From the NCBI GenBank assembly GCA_963666595.2, contig CAXXSV010000001.1, positions 261,040 through 325,039 of the forward strand: 64,000 nt of DNA, given 5' to 3'. The notes under the pieces are model-generated. The model was not told the DNA's origin, did no database searches, and saw nothing but the letters and a program-made list of their open reading frames with translations. Position numbers and translations under genes: made by a program. Within the stretch, counting starts at the first letter, position 1. The number at the start of each line of letters is the position of its first letter. Below are positions 20,283 to 29,533 of this stretch, piece after piece. The stretch comes from Opitutales bacterium (GTDB taxonomy: Bacteria > Verrucomicrobiota > Verrucomicrobiia > Opitutales > CAXXNP01).

Positions 20283-20537
20283 AAAAGTTGTATGGCAGGT
20301 GAGCGACCTTTTTGATTTTTATATGAAGATAAGAAAACTTCGAAATATAAAAGGGGAAGAAAAGAACCTTAACAAAGCGGTTCAATCATCTTCCATTAAA
20401 CGCCACAATACGGCGCTTCATACCGGCAGCTAATTGGTGAATCGGGGTTCCCCATCTTTCAAGTTATAAAAATTGAAAAAGATTAATTCTTTGCTCACTT
20501 GGGCGGGAAACTTAATCCTGGTTTAGGAAACAGAACC

Positions 20538-21785
20538 TTATTTTTTCACGGAGGCGGAAGAACCGTAATAGGCGAGCAAACCGGCTACAACTCCTGAGGC
20601 GTATTCGCGGAAGATGCTGATGCGTTCGGCGCCGGCCACCAGGCGAGTTCCTTCATAGTCTCCGGCCTGAATGCGTGCAAAGACTTCGCGGTTGTTGGCC
20701 GCATATGGCTCGAGGTAGATTACGGGACAACGATACAGGCGGTTGGCCAGGAGGTTGCGCGCCCAAACGTATGGGTTTGCTCCAACTCTGTGGGCATTGG
20801 AGCCCGGGTAAACGTAGGGTGGCAGGCCGGTAACGCGGCTCAGCGAGGAAGCGATCGCTTCGGCCAAAGCGATTTCCTCAGATGCAGTTCGGCTGAGGAG
20901 CTTGTGCAGCATTTCGTAGCGCACGTCGTCATGGGACAATTCCACTGCGCTGTAAGCGCCGTTGACCAGAACGTGCAGGTGGTTTTCGCCGGACAATATC
21001 TGTTTATCATCATCGGTCCACGGAGCCGCGTTGAAATGGAGAGCAAGGACGATGTCGGGGCGCATTTCACGGTTGATTTTTTCGGCGCGGGCACGGATTT
21101 CGCTGACCCGGTAAAAAAGCAGTTCACTCAATTTTTGGATGGCATCGGCCGATTCATTTATTTCGGGATCGATGCCCGGTGGAAGTTGCCGGGACGATTC
21201 GGCGAGGAGTTGTTCGGCCCTGGGCCGCAAAGTTTGCGGGGTTTCGTGAGTTGCAGGGACGGGGCCCGCGCGCACCAATTTAACTTCCGCGCCCAGCCTG
21301 GTTAATTCCTTTTCGAGCAAGTGAGCCACTATCAGGACAAGGTCACCTTCCCTGACAGGGGGTGCATCCCCTATCTGGAAAAAGCGTTCCTCCATTTTGG
21401 CCCATCGCCCACCGAGATGACCTGCATCGAGCGCGATGCGCAGACCTTCAAGAGGTTTTTCACCTCCAGCCGGTATGAGAACGGAACGGGGACGCCAATA
21501 CCGTTCGACAGGTTTCCGGGCCGCTTCTCCTGCGAAACGCAGGCGATAAACGGCAGAGGCGGTTTTAATACGGGCGTGGCCGGAGAAAATCTGAATCCAG
21601 TCTGCGAAAGCGTCGTTCGGAGCGTAGATTTCGTCGAGCAAGCGTTGAAATTCTAGGGCGGTAATCGTTTCCTGGTAAGCGTTGAGGCCCGACCAGTCGG
21701 GTGAGCTGCCGAGGGAAGTAAGCCGTTGCCCGGAGGCAACCGCCACGAGGCAGAAAACAAGAATCGGAGTGATGAGTGTTTTCAA
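20538..21785 (-). CDS. N-acetylmuramoyl-L-alanine amidase-family protein (secreted)
   Basis: 415 aa with a signal peptide (MKTLITPILVFCLVAVASG). IALDAGHLGG and DIVLALHFNA resemble Amidase_3 metal-ligand regions. Confidence 0.7.
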   Translation of the reverse strand: MKTLITPILVFCLVAVASGQRLTSLGSSPDWSGLNAYQETITALEFQRLLDEIYAPNDAFADWIQIFSGHARIKTASAVYRLRFAGEAARKPVERYWRPRSVLIPAGGEKPLEGLRIALDAGHLGGRWAKMEERFFQIGDAPPVREGDLVLIVAHLLEKELTRLGAEVKLVRAGPVPATHETPQTLRPRAEQLLAESSRQLPPGIDPEINESADAIQKLSELLFYRVSEIRARAEKINREMRPDIVLALHFNAAPWTDDDKQILSGENHLHVLVNGAYSAVELSHDDVRYEMLHKLLSRTASEEIALAEAIASSLSRVTGLPPYVYPGSNAHRVGANPYVWARNLLANRLYRCPVIYLEPYAANNREVFARIQAGDYEGTRLVAGAERISIFREYASGVVAGLLAYYGSSASVKK

Positions 21786-21899
21786 AACTGAAATCAGATT
21801 GTGGCGGGGTTATTTTCGCAATTGAATCCCTTGACTGGGTGCGGTATATTTTTAATAAATCTACCAGTATTAATTCTGAACCCCAAAACAAAAATTATT

Positions 21900-22706
21900 A
21901 TGAATAAGAATCAAATCTCACCCACACATACCGACTTGAGCCGGCGCCAATTCATGCTGAATCTTACCGGATTGAGCGCGGTCGGAGTTTTGTCCGGCGG
22001 CGCTTCGGCGATAGCATCGGTCACTACACCAGCACCCGGTTACTCTGTCGTGTCCAGCGTGCCCAGCGTAGGCCAGTTTCAGATTCCCAAACTACCCTAC
22101 TCTTATGATGCCTTGGAGCCCTACATTGACGCCCGCACAATGAAGATCCATTACACCAAGCACCACAGTGGTTACGTCAGAAAAGTGAACAAGGCCTTAC
22201 AGAGTATAGGGTTTACTGCGCCTCGAAAAATCGAAGACCTGGTGTCCAATATGCATATCGTTCCCCCGCAGATTAAAACGGCGGTGCGCAACAGCGGTGG
22301 CGGCCACGCCAACCATTCCTTGTTCTGGAACTCCCTCTCACCCGAAGGCGGCGAAAAACCCGGGGGCACACTGGCAGGAGCAATCAATTCGAGGTTCGGC
22401 GGTTTCAAGAAATTCCAGAAAGCCTTCGCCGAGGCCGCGGCTACTCGATTTGGCAGCGGATGGGCCTGGCTGAACGTCGCCGAGGGGGATAATTCCCTGT
22501 TTGTTTCCTCGACACCTAACCAGGACAGCCCACTGATGAACGGTATTGTCGAATTCCCCGGCACTCCGATCCTTGGCCTTGATGTTTGGGAGCATGCCTA
22601 TTACCTCAATTACCAGAACCGCCGTGGCGATTATATCAAGAACTGGTGGAAGATCGTCGACTGGAAGACTGTAGCCATGCGCTACGAATCGGCCTTGAAG
22701 GCATAG
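21900..22706 (+). CDS. Fe/Mn superoxide dismutase with twin-arginine (Tat) signal peptide
   Basis: Track ORF 21801..22706; an ATG lies at 21900. The N-terminus [37 protein letters not shown] carries the SRRxFM Tat motif, an h-region and an ASA site. The SOD core follows ([35 protein letters not shown]). Confidence 0.88.
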   Translation: MNKNQISPTHTDLSRRQFMLNLTGLSAVGVLSGGASAIASVTTPAPGYSVVSSVPSVGQFQIPKLPYSYDALEPYIDARTMKIHYTKHHSGYVRKVNKALQSIGFTAPRKIEDLVSNMHIVPPQIKTAVRNSGGGHANHSLFWNSLSPEGGEKPGGTLAGAINSRFGGFKKFQKAFAEAAATRFGSGWAWLNVAEGDNSLFVSSTPNQDSPLMNGIVEFPGTPILGLDVWEHAYYLNYQNRRGDYIKNWWKIVDWKTVAMRYESALKA

Positions 22707-22709
22707 AGC

Positions 22710-23267
22710 TTACTTAATTTCCTGAGAATCGAGAGGCTTGAGCACGAACCGATAGGGCTTGTGCGACCAGCTCCCGGCGTAATTAACACCAACTCGGGCT
22801 GTGCGTTGGATCGTGTCCGCAGCGGCAGTAAAACCGCAATCTTCGATCCACAAGCCCGAATCCCGGTCCGCGCAACGCGCATTGAAACGGTTGTCGATCT
22901 GCAATGCCCGGGTAAGCCGGCCCGGCCCATGGATATTTCCCGCACCCCGGATCAATATCGCCGCCGGGTATCTTTTCGGCCCGACAACCATGTTGAGCAA
23001 CCAGTGCACGCCGTAGCACAAGTAAACATACCAACGGCCGGATGGACCGAACATGACGGAATTCCTGGCCGTCTTCCCGCGGTGAGCGTGTGACGCTTTG
23101 TCATCGTAGCCGTCGTAAGCCTCCACTTCCGTCAATGGCATTTTGACAATCCTGTTATCGATCCGTCGACAAAGCATTTTGCCAATGAGGTCGTTAGCCA
23201 CCTCAAGGGTCGGCCGGTCATAAAACGAGGGAGTGAGAATGCGCGCTTTTACCTTGGCGGCCATCAA
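22710..23267 (-). CDS. mpg: DNA-3-methyladenine glycosylase (AAG/Mpg family)
   Basis: 185 aa. FYDRPTLEVANDLIGK and TEVEAYDGYDDKASHAHRGKTARNSVMFGPSGRWYVYLCYGVHWLLN are present. Confidence 0.88.
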   Translation of the reverse strand: MMAAKVKARILTPSFYDRPTLEVANDLIGKMLCRRIDNRIVKMPLTEVEAYDGYDDKASHAHRGKTARNSVMFGPSGRWYVYLCYGVHWLLNMVVGPKRYPAAILIRGAGNIHGPGRLTRALQIDNRFNARCADRDSGLWIEDCGFTAAADTIQRTARVGVNYAGSWSHKPYRFVLKPLDSQEIK

Positions 23268-23279
23268 TATTTATTCGGT

Positions 23280-23735
23280 TCAGAACTTTTTATTTTTTGT
23301 ATTGAGAAACAGCGTCACCGGCCCGTCGTTAAGAGCCTGGATTTTCATCATAGCCCCGAACTCGCCTGTGACAATTGGCTTGCCCAGCGCCGTGGAGAGG
23401 GCCCGGACGAATTCCTCGTATAAAGGCATTGCGATTTCTGGTGGGGCGGCGCGATTGAAAGAAGGTCGGGCGCCCTTGCGCAGGTTACCAAAAAGTGTGA
23501 ATTGACTGATGAGAAGAATTTCTCCGTCAATATCGGTTAGGGCCCTGTTCATCAGGCCGGCTTCATCCGGGAAAAGGCGTATATGCGGAATTTTTCCACT
23601 CAGCCAAACGAGGTCTTCAGAACCATCTTCCGATTCGATTCCGAGAAAAACGAGCAATCCGCGGCCGATTGCGCCTTTGAGCTTTCCGTCGATGCTCACA
23701 GAGGCTTCCGACACGCGTTGTATGACGGCTCTCAT
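23280..23735 (-). CDS. dtd: D-aminoacyl-tRNA deacylase
   Basis: 151 aa. [21 protein letters not shown] and GEFGAMM are present. Confidence 0.92.
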   Translation of the reverse strand: MRAVIQRVSEASVSIDGKLKGAIGRGLLVFLGIESEDGSEDLVWLSGKIPHIRLFPDEAGLMNRALTDIDGEILLISQFTLFGNLRKGARPSFNRAAPPEIAMPLYEEFVRALSTALGKPIVTGEFGAMMKIQALNDGPVTLFLNTKNKKF

Positions 23736-23773
23736 GGCTGGTAGATAGAGCTTATGGAAATCAAATACAAGGG

Positions 23774-24664
23774 TCAGTTCAGTATTTCTGTTAGTGTATC
23801 TGATATGGATTGGTGTCGAAATTTGTAGCCGTGTTCGAGAAGTTTTTTGGGATATGCCCGAATATCCGATAAAACAGTTTCCACACCCATTTGACCAAAC
23901 ACCAATTTCATCACCATTGCAGGCACCGGGAATATCGCCGGGCGTCCCAACGCCTTTGCCAACGCGCGGGTAAAGTCACGGTTGGACACCGTTTCCGGCG
24001 CAACGGCATTGACAACGCCCTCTATGCGGTCATCGCGTAAACAGAAGTCCATGACTCCGAGGAGGTCGTCCATTGCGATCCAGCTCATGTGCTGTTGGCC
24101 GTGTCCGATACGGCCACCGAGCCCGAGCCGGAAGATTGGCAGCATTTTGGCCAGGGCGCCTCCGGCGGGGCCGAGTACGACTCCGAGGCGCAGATTGATC
24201 ACGCGGATGCCGGCATTGCCGGCCGGAAAGGTGGCGGCTTCCCATTCCCGACATACCTGAGCCAGGAAACTTTCCCCGGCCGGACCGGATTCATCATAAA
24301 CACGGCCCGTGTGGTCTGGATAAATATTTACACCGGAAACGCTGATAAGCACCTGCGGTGGAGTGGCGAGCCCGGCTAATTTTTGACAAAGCAAAAGGGT
24401 ACCGTCTTTGCGGCTATTCATGATACGTTTTTTGCGGGCGGTCGTCCAGCGGCCCGATGCGATATTCTCGCCTGCCAGGTGGACAACCGCACCGAATCCC
24501 TCGATTTTGCCCGATTCCAGGCTGCCGGAATCGGGTATCCAGGCAATATCTGATTTTTCGGTGGACCGGCGAGTAAGCCGATGGACTTCATGGCTATGGC
24601 TTAGCAGGAAAGGGACAAGTTCGCTGCCGATCATTCCTTTGGCGCCGGTGACAAGAATTCTCAT
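23774..24664 (-). CDS. TIGR01777-type epimerase-family protein (SDR fold plus DUF1731)
   Basis: Track ORF 23774..24742; the ATG at 24664 gives [17 protein letters not shown] (Rossmann motif). Length and C-terminal region fit the family. Confidence 0.8.
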   Translation of the reverse strand: MRILVTGAKGMIGSELVPFLLSHSHEVHRLTRRSTEKSDIAWIPDSGSLESGKIEGFGAVVHLAGENIASGRWTTARKKRIMNSRKDGTLLLCQKLAGLATPPQVLISVSGVNIYPDHTGRVYDESGPAGESFLAQVCREWEAATFPAGNAGIRVINLRLGVVLGPAGGALAKMLPIFRLGLGGRIGHGQQHMSWIAMDDLLGVMDFCLRDDRIEGVVNAVAPETVSNRDFTRALAKALGRPAIFPVPAMVMKLVFGQMGVETVLSDIRAYPKKLLEHGYKFRHQSISDTLTEILN

Positions 24665-24726
24665 TTCAGTGGAAGCGTATAACCGGAGCCAGAACTCCGG
24701 TGATTGCGCCTTGGGCTGATGGTAAT

Positions 24727-24758
24727 AAAAAAAGGTCACCAACCGAAGTCGATGACCC
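24727..24758 (-). terminator. Rho-independent terminator downstream of cysK
   Basis: The minus-strand RNA reads GGGUCAUCGAC-UUCG-GUUGGUGACC followed by U7. The stem includes G-U pairs and the loop is a UUCG tetraloop. It lies about 125 nt after the cysK stop and before the next minus-strand gene. Confidence 0.6.
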
Positions 24759-24882
24759 TTTTTATTACTACTACTATCTTACTCTGTTTTGGCAGAGAAA
24801 GCTAAAAATGAATAAATACATAATTAATGGCTTTGTCAATATAAAATATAGTTTTTCTATATTAACCGTCCAAACAAAATTT

Positions 24883-25851
24883 CTAAAGTGGTTCCGCCGT
24901 CAGATTGCTCACTTCAGTGCGCACACTCTCGGCCAACGGGGTGCTCAAGTAGCGTTCTGTGGTGCTTGCGCCGATGACCACTATCATCTTGCCGGCCATA
25001 TCGCTTCGTTTAGCCACTTCCATGGCTGCCCACACGGTGGCCCCAGTTGAGATGCCGGCAGGGATGCCATCGGTGATAGATAACTTACGAGCTGTGGCAA
25101 ATGCATCGTCATTCTCGATCTGGACGACTTCGTCAACAATATCGACGTTAAGGTTGTTGGGGATGAAGCCAGCGCCGATGCCCTGGATTTTGTGCGGTCC
25201 GGGTTTGCCGCCGGAGATGACGGGGCTGGCAACAGGTTCGACTGCAATACTGGTAAGAGATTTGCGGCTCTTTATCACCTCTGAGACGCCACTGATGGTT
25301 CCGCCGGTGCCGACTCCGGCTACAAGGACATCAATTTTCCCCTCTGTCGCGGACCAAATTTCCTCGGCGGTAGTGCGGCGGTGGACTTCGGGATTGGCTG
25401 GATTATCGAACTGCTGGGGCATAAACCCGTTTTCGGAATGTTCTTCGAGCAGTTGCTTGGCTTTTTCAATGGCGCCGGGCATTCCCTTGGGTCCGGGGGT
25501 TAAAACAATTTCGGCGCCGAGCAGGCGCAAAAGCAGGCGGCGCTCGATCGACATGGTTTCAGGCATGGTGAGCAGGCATTTGTAACCCTTGGCGGCACAA
25601 ACAAAGGCCAGGGAGATGCCCGTATTTCCAGAGGTGGGTTCGATCACAACGCTGCCGGGCTTGAGCTTGCCGTCGCGCTCGGCGGCTTCGATCATTGATT
25701 TTCCGATACGGTCCTTGACGCTAAAAAGTGGATTGAGGAATTCGCACTTCAGGTAGATATCGGCTTCGAGACCTTCGGCAATCTTGTTAAGCTTTATCAG
25801 CGGGGTATTCCCTACCGATTCGACGATATTTTGAGCTAGTATTGCAGACAT
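24883..25851 (-). CDS. cysK: Cysteine synthase A (O-acetylserine sulfhydrylase)
   Basis: 322 aa. The PLP-lysine motif NPLFSVKDRIG, TSGNTGISLA and the VGTGGTISGV loop are present. Confidence 0.92.
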   Translation of the reverse strand: MSAILAQNIVESVGNTPLIKLNKIAEGLEADIYLKCEFLNPLFSVKDRIGKSMIEAAERDGKLKPGSVVIEPTSGNTGISLAFVCAAKGYKCLLTMPETMSIERRLLLRLLGAEIVLTPGPKGMPGAIEKAKQLLEEHSENGFMPQQFDNPANPEVHRRTTAEEIWSATEGKIDVLVAGVGTGGTISGVSEVIKSRKSLTSIAVEPVASPVISGGKPGPHKIQGIGAGFIPNNLNVDIVDEVVQIENDDAFATARKLSITDGIPAGISTGATVWAAMEVAKRSDMAGKMIVVIGASTTERYLSTPLAESVRTEVSNLTAEPL

Positions 25852-25951
25852 AATGAGAAATCTATTTGGGTTAAAATGTATATAACGACTAACTTAAGAG
25901 AAGTATCTAAAATGTATTAAATTGCGAAATGCAAGTCCAAACATCCCCTTT

Positions 25952-26734
25952 TCAGCTTTGAGTAACGATGTAGGAGGTTCCGCTGTCCTGGTCTCGAAGC
26001 AGTTTTGCTTTCACCTGGAACACTTCCTCGATGATCTTGGGTTGAAATACATCGTCCGGAGATCCTGTGGCGGCGATTTTGCCCCGGCATAGAATTATTA
26101 CATGGTCGGCATAAGAGGCGGCGAGATTGAGATCGTGCAGGATTGCGAAAACGGCCGTCCCCTTTTCGGCGAAATCTCTTGCTATCCGCAATGCGACAAA
26201 ACGGTGGCAGAGATCAAGGCCGGCCGTTGGCTCATCCAGTAATAGGAGAGAAGCGGCGCCGGCCGGCGTTTCCCATACCTGGGCAAGTACCCGGGCGGTT
26301 TGTACCAGTTGTTTTTCTCCACCGGAAAGGGTCGTGTATTCGCGATCGCCGAAATCGGACAGGTTGACGAGTTCGAGCGCCTTGCGTGCAATTCGGTAAT
26401 CGGCTGGGGACTCAAGGCCGCGATGATGAGGTGTGCGGCCAAGCAGGATGACCTCATTGACCTTGAAAGGGAAGGACAGGAGCGATTCCTGCGGGAGCAC
26501 GCCGCGCACTTTTGAAATCTCTGCCAATGGCCAATCTTCCAGAGTCCGTCCGTCAAAGGTCACCTGTCCGGAGTCTGGGGTCAGCTCACCGGCCAAAATT
26601 TTCAAAAAGGTGGACTTGCCCGCACCGTTGGGGCCCACCATGACCGTAACCCGGCCCCCCTCCAATGTCAGCGAAAGGTTATCGAGGATTTTTCGTCCGT
26701 TGCGGGAAAAGGTTATGTGCTCGGTTATCAACAT
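25952..26734 (-). CDS. Iron-chelate/hemin-type ABC transporter ATP-binding protein
   Basis: 260 aa. Walker A GPNGAGKST, signature LSGGEKQ and Walker B LLLLDEP are present. It is paired with a FecCD permease. Confidence 0.85.
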   Translation of the reverse strand: MLITEHITFSRNGRKILDNLSLTLEGGRVTVMVGPNGAGKSTFLKILAGELTPDSGQVTFDGRTLEDWPLAEISKVRGVLPQESLLSFPFKVNEVILLGRTPHHRGLESPADYRIARKALELVNLSDFGDREYTTLSGGEKQLVQTARVLAQVWETPAGAASLLLLDEPTAGLDLCHRFVALRIARDFAEKGTAVFAILHDLNLAASYADHVIILCRGKIAATGSPDDVFQPKIIEEVFQVKAKLLRDQDSGTSYIVTQS

Positions 26735-26749
26735 TTGAGAATTTCCAAT

Positions 26750-27826
26750 TCAAGCCCATACGCGATGACGGGAGAAATAAAGCAAACTCAGAAAGAACGG
26801 CGCACCTAACAGAGCCGTCACGACTCCGATGGGAAGTTCAGCCGGCGCATTTACCATGCGCGCCAGGAGATCGGCCGCCAGGAGCAGCGCTCCGCCCAAC
26901 AGGGCCGAGGCGGGCAGAAGATAGCGGTGGTCCGGTCCGACCATCAACCGTACCAGGTGGGGTACCACCAGGCCAACAAATCCGATGATTCCGCAGATCG
27001 CCACAGTGGCGCTCACCATTGCGGCGCACAGGAAGATGATCGTCATTTTTGTGCGCTGGGTATCTATACCGAGATGGCGGGCCTCAGATTCGCCAAGCAA
27101 AAAAGCGTTGAGCGCCCGCGCATAGAATGGATACACAGCAAGAGGCACCAATACAAAGGGTGCAATTGCACCGAGGTTTTTCCATGATGCGTCACTGAGC
27201 CGGCCCAGCGACCAGAACACGAAATCGCGCAGCTCCCTGTTGTCGGACACATTCATCATCAACCCGATAAATGCCGCGGCCAGGGCATTGACGGCAATAC
27301 CGGTGAGCAGCATTGTGGCCACGAGGGTGCGGCCCTCCACTTTTGAAAGGTGATAAACCAGTAGAGTAGCTCCTATGCCGCCGAAAAAGGCAGCGAGGGG
27401 TACCGCCAAGGGATCCAACCATCCAGGCAACAAAACCAAAATATTTTCACCGATGACCATTACCGCGACCGCTCCCATTGCAGCCCCGGCGGAGACACCG
27501 ATGAGCGAGGGGTCTGCCAGGGGATTGCGAAAGAGACCCTGCATCCCGGCTCCGGCCACGGCCAGGGCCGCACCAACCAGTATTGCCAGTAATGTCCTGG
27601 GCAGCCGCACCGCCCAAAGGATCGACCACAGCGTCTCCTCTGTAAAAGGAGCGTAATCCACCGCCCCTGCATTCGAGCCCAATCGCGATCCCGCCAAAGC
27701 TATGATTTGCCCGAATTCGATTTTAACCGGTCCCAGGCAAATAGACAGTAAAGCTAGAACAACCAAGAGAACAGCCAGCCCGGTCAGGAAGAGACGTTTC
27801 CGGGTATTTTTTGCGGCCCCACTCAC
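26750..27826 (-). CDS. FecCD-family iron-chelate ABC transporter permease
   Basis: 358 aa and polytopic. The FecCD-like blocks LRLPRTLLAILVGAALAVAG and GIIGFVGLVVPHLVRL are present. No substrate-binding protein gene is adjacent. Confidence 0.85.
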   Translation of the reverse strand: MSGAAKNTRKRLFLTGLAVLLVVLALLSICLGPVKIEFGQIIALAGSRLGSNAGAVDYAPFTEETLWSILWAVRLPRTLLAILVGAALAVAGAGMQGLFRNPLADPSLIGVSAGAAMGAVAVMVIGENILVLLPGWLDPLAVPLAAFFGGIGATLLVYHLSKVEGRTLVATMLLTGIAVNALAAAFIGLMMNVSDNRELRDFVFWSLGRLSDASWKNLGAIAPFVLVPLAVYPFYARALNAFLLGESEARHLGIDTQRTKMTIIFLCAAMVSATVAICGIIGFVGLVVPHLVRLMVGPDHRYLLPASALLGGALLLAADLLARMVNAPAELPIGVVTALLGAPFFLSLLYFSRHRVWA

Positions 27827-27884
27827 GATAATGTTTCAGGGCGCGTTCCACGACGGACAGTGGAATACAGGCGGAGTCAGCCGC

Positions 27885-28160
27885 TCAACGTCTTCTGCGA
27901 GGACCGTAACTGCGGATTGGAGCATTGCGATTGGCCGAAGCATTTCTAAGGCGGTAAACGATCCGGGCTTTCTTCAGGTCATAGGTGCTCATTTCCATCT
28001 TCACAGTATCGCCGACAGTAATTTTAATGAAGTGCTTTCGCAGTTTACCGGAAATATGTGCCAGGACCTGGTGGCCGTTAGGCAACTCGACCCGGAACAT
28101 AGTGCCGGGCAGGACGGCGGCGATTTTGCCCTCGATCTCAATTGCGTCTTCGTTGGCCAT
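27885..28160 (-). CDS. infA: Translation initiation factor IF-1 with a basic C-terminal extension
   Basis: 91 aa. The S1-like core is [61 protein letters not shown]. About 16-19 extra residues follow ([19 protein letters not shown]). Confidence 0.9.
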   Translation of the reverse strand: MANEDAIEIEGKIAAVLPGTMFRVELPNGHQVLAHISGKLRKHFIKITVGDTVKMEMSTYDLKKARIVYRLRNASANRNAPIRSYGPRRRR

Positions 28161-28286
28161 AGAATAACTTGAAAATAAATCTTCTGGAAAAATCCATTAA
28201 GGTTTACATACCTTCACACAGCGAAATTTCAAGCGAGTCAAGATTTAATCCCACGGCAACCCGCATAATATTCAGCAAATCCTGGT

Positions 28287-28820
28287 ATGCCCGAAAAAAG
28301 CAATAGCGGTCTTTCCCCGGCATTGCCATGTCCGTTCCAGAAAATGTATCCCTCGGAACTTCAGCGGGACGACGAGTATTACATGAAATTCGCCTACAAC
28401 CAGGCTATCGACGCATGGCACGCAAATGAAGTGCCTATCGGCGCCGTTATCGAATACGAGGGCGAGGTAATTGCAGCAGCCCACAATGAAGTTGAGACAA
28501 CCGGGGATGCTACAGCTCACGCGGAAATGTTAACCATCACTAAAGCCGCCGCCCACCTGGGGGATTGGAGGCTCAACGACGCCACCATTTACGTGACCAA
28601 GGAACCTTGCCCCATGTGCAGTGGCGCCGCCGCCCTGTCCCGCTTAGCCAGAGTTGTATTTGGCGCTCACGACTCCGAAATGGGATGCCTGGGAGGCGCG
28701 GTCGAACTTAACGCCCTGCTTCGCCTCAATCACCAATTTACGATAACGGCCGGCGTCCTCGAACCGCTCTGCCGAGAACTCCTCCAGGCATTTTTTGCAG
28801 AACAAAGAAAATTGCCGTAA
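28287..28820 (+). CDS. tadA: tRNA-specific adenosine deaminase
   Basis: 177 aa; an alternative ATG lies at 28344. The CDA zinc motifs HAEMLTI and PCPMCSGA are present. Confidence 0.88.
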   Translation: MPEKSNSGLSPALPCPFQKMYPSELQRDDEYYMKFAYNQAIDAWHANEVPIGAVIEYEGEVIAAAHNEVETTGDATAHAEMLTITKAAAHLGDWRLNDATIYVTKEPCPMCSGAAALSRLARVVFGAHDSEMGCLGGAVELNALLRLNHQFTITAGVLEPLCRELLQAFFAEQRKLP

Positions 28821-28901
28821 AATAAATTGACCTAAAGAAGTTTACTTAAAACAATACGTGCATCAACAATCTTAATTCTAACCCCTAAATCCTAAAACAT
28901 T

Positions 28902-29531
28902 ATGCCTTACGAACTTCCCCAACTCGGTTATAGTTACGACGCGCTCGAACCACACATCGACGCGCGCACCATGGAAATCCACCACACCAAACACCACAAC
29001 GCCTACATCGGCAAGGTGAACGGCGCTCTCGAAAGCGAGCCTGAGTTGGCCGCCAAGTCCGTCGATGACCTTATAGCCGACCTGTCCAGCGTGCCCGATT
29101 CGATTAGGGGCGCAGTTCGCAACAATGGCGGCGGTCATTCCAACCACACTTTTTTCTGGACAATCCTCTCGTCCGGAGGCGGCGGCGAACCTGTGGGCTC
29201 TCTGGCCGATGCAATCAACTCCGAACTGGGCGGCTTCGATGCTTTTAAAGAGGCTTTCACCGCCGCCGGTATGACTCGCTTCGGCAGCGGCTGGGCATGG
29301 CTCGTGGTTAAGTCCGACGGCACCCTGGCCGTTACCTCAACACCCAATCAGGACAGCCCTTTGATGAACGGGGTGGCCGAAGTGGAAGGAACGCCGGTCA
29401 TCGCTCTAGATGTATGGGAACATGCCTATTACCTCAAATACCAGAATTTGCGCCCCTCCTACATTGAAGCATTCTGGAATATCGTGGACTGGGCCAAGGC
29501 CGACGCCAACTACTCAGCAGCTAAGGGTTGA
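28902..29531 (+). CDS. Fe/Mn superoxide dismutase (cytoplasmic, no signal)
   Basis: 209 aa. [26 protein letters not shown] and [15 protein letters not shown] are present. It is a paralog of the gene at 21900. Confidence 0.92.
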   Translation: MPYELPQLGYSYDALEPHIDARTMEIHHTKHHNAYIGKVNGALESEPELAAKSVDDLIADLSSVPDSIRGAVRNNGGGHSNHTFFWTILSSGGGGEPVGSLADAINSELGGFDAFKEAFTAAGMTRFGSGWAWLVVKSDGTLAVTSTPNQDSPLMNGVAEVEGTPVIALDVWEHAYYLKYQNLRPSYIEAFWNIVDWAKADANYSAAKG

Positions 29532-29533
29532 TC

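Noticed and set aside
27827-28286. A Fur-box-like operator near the iron-chelate ABC genes, and similarly upstream of the TonB-dependent receptor (55142-55227)
   Set aside because: I found no GATAATGATAATCATTATC-like 19-mer or obvious AT-rich palindrome on reading either region.
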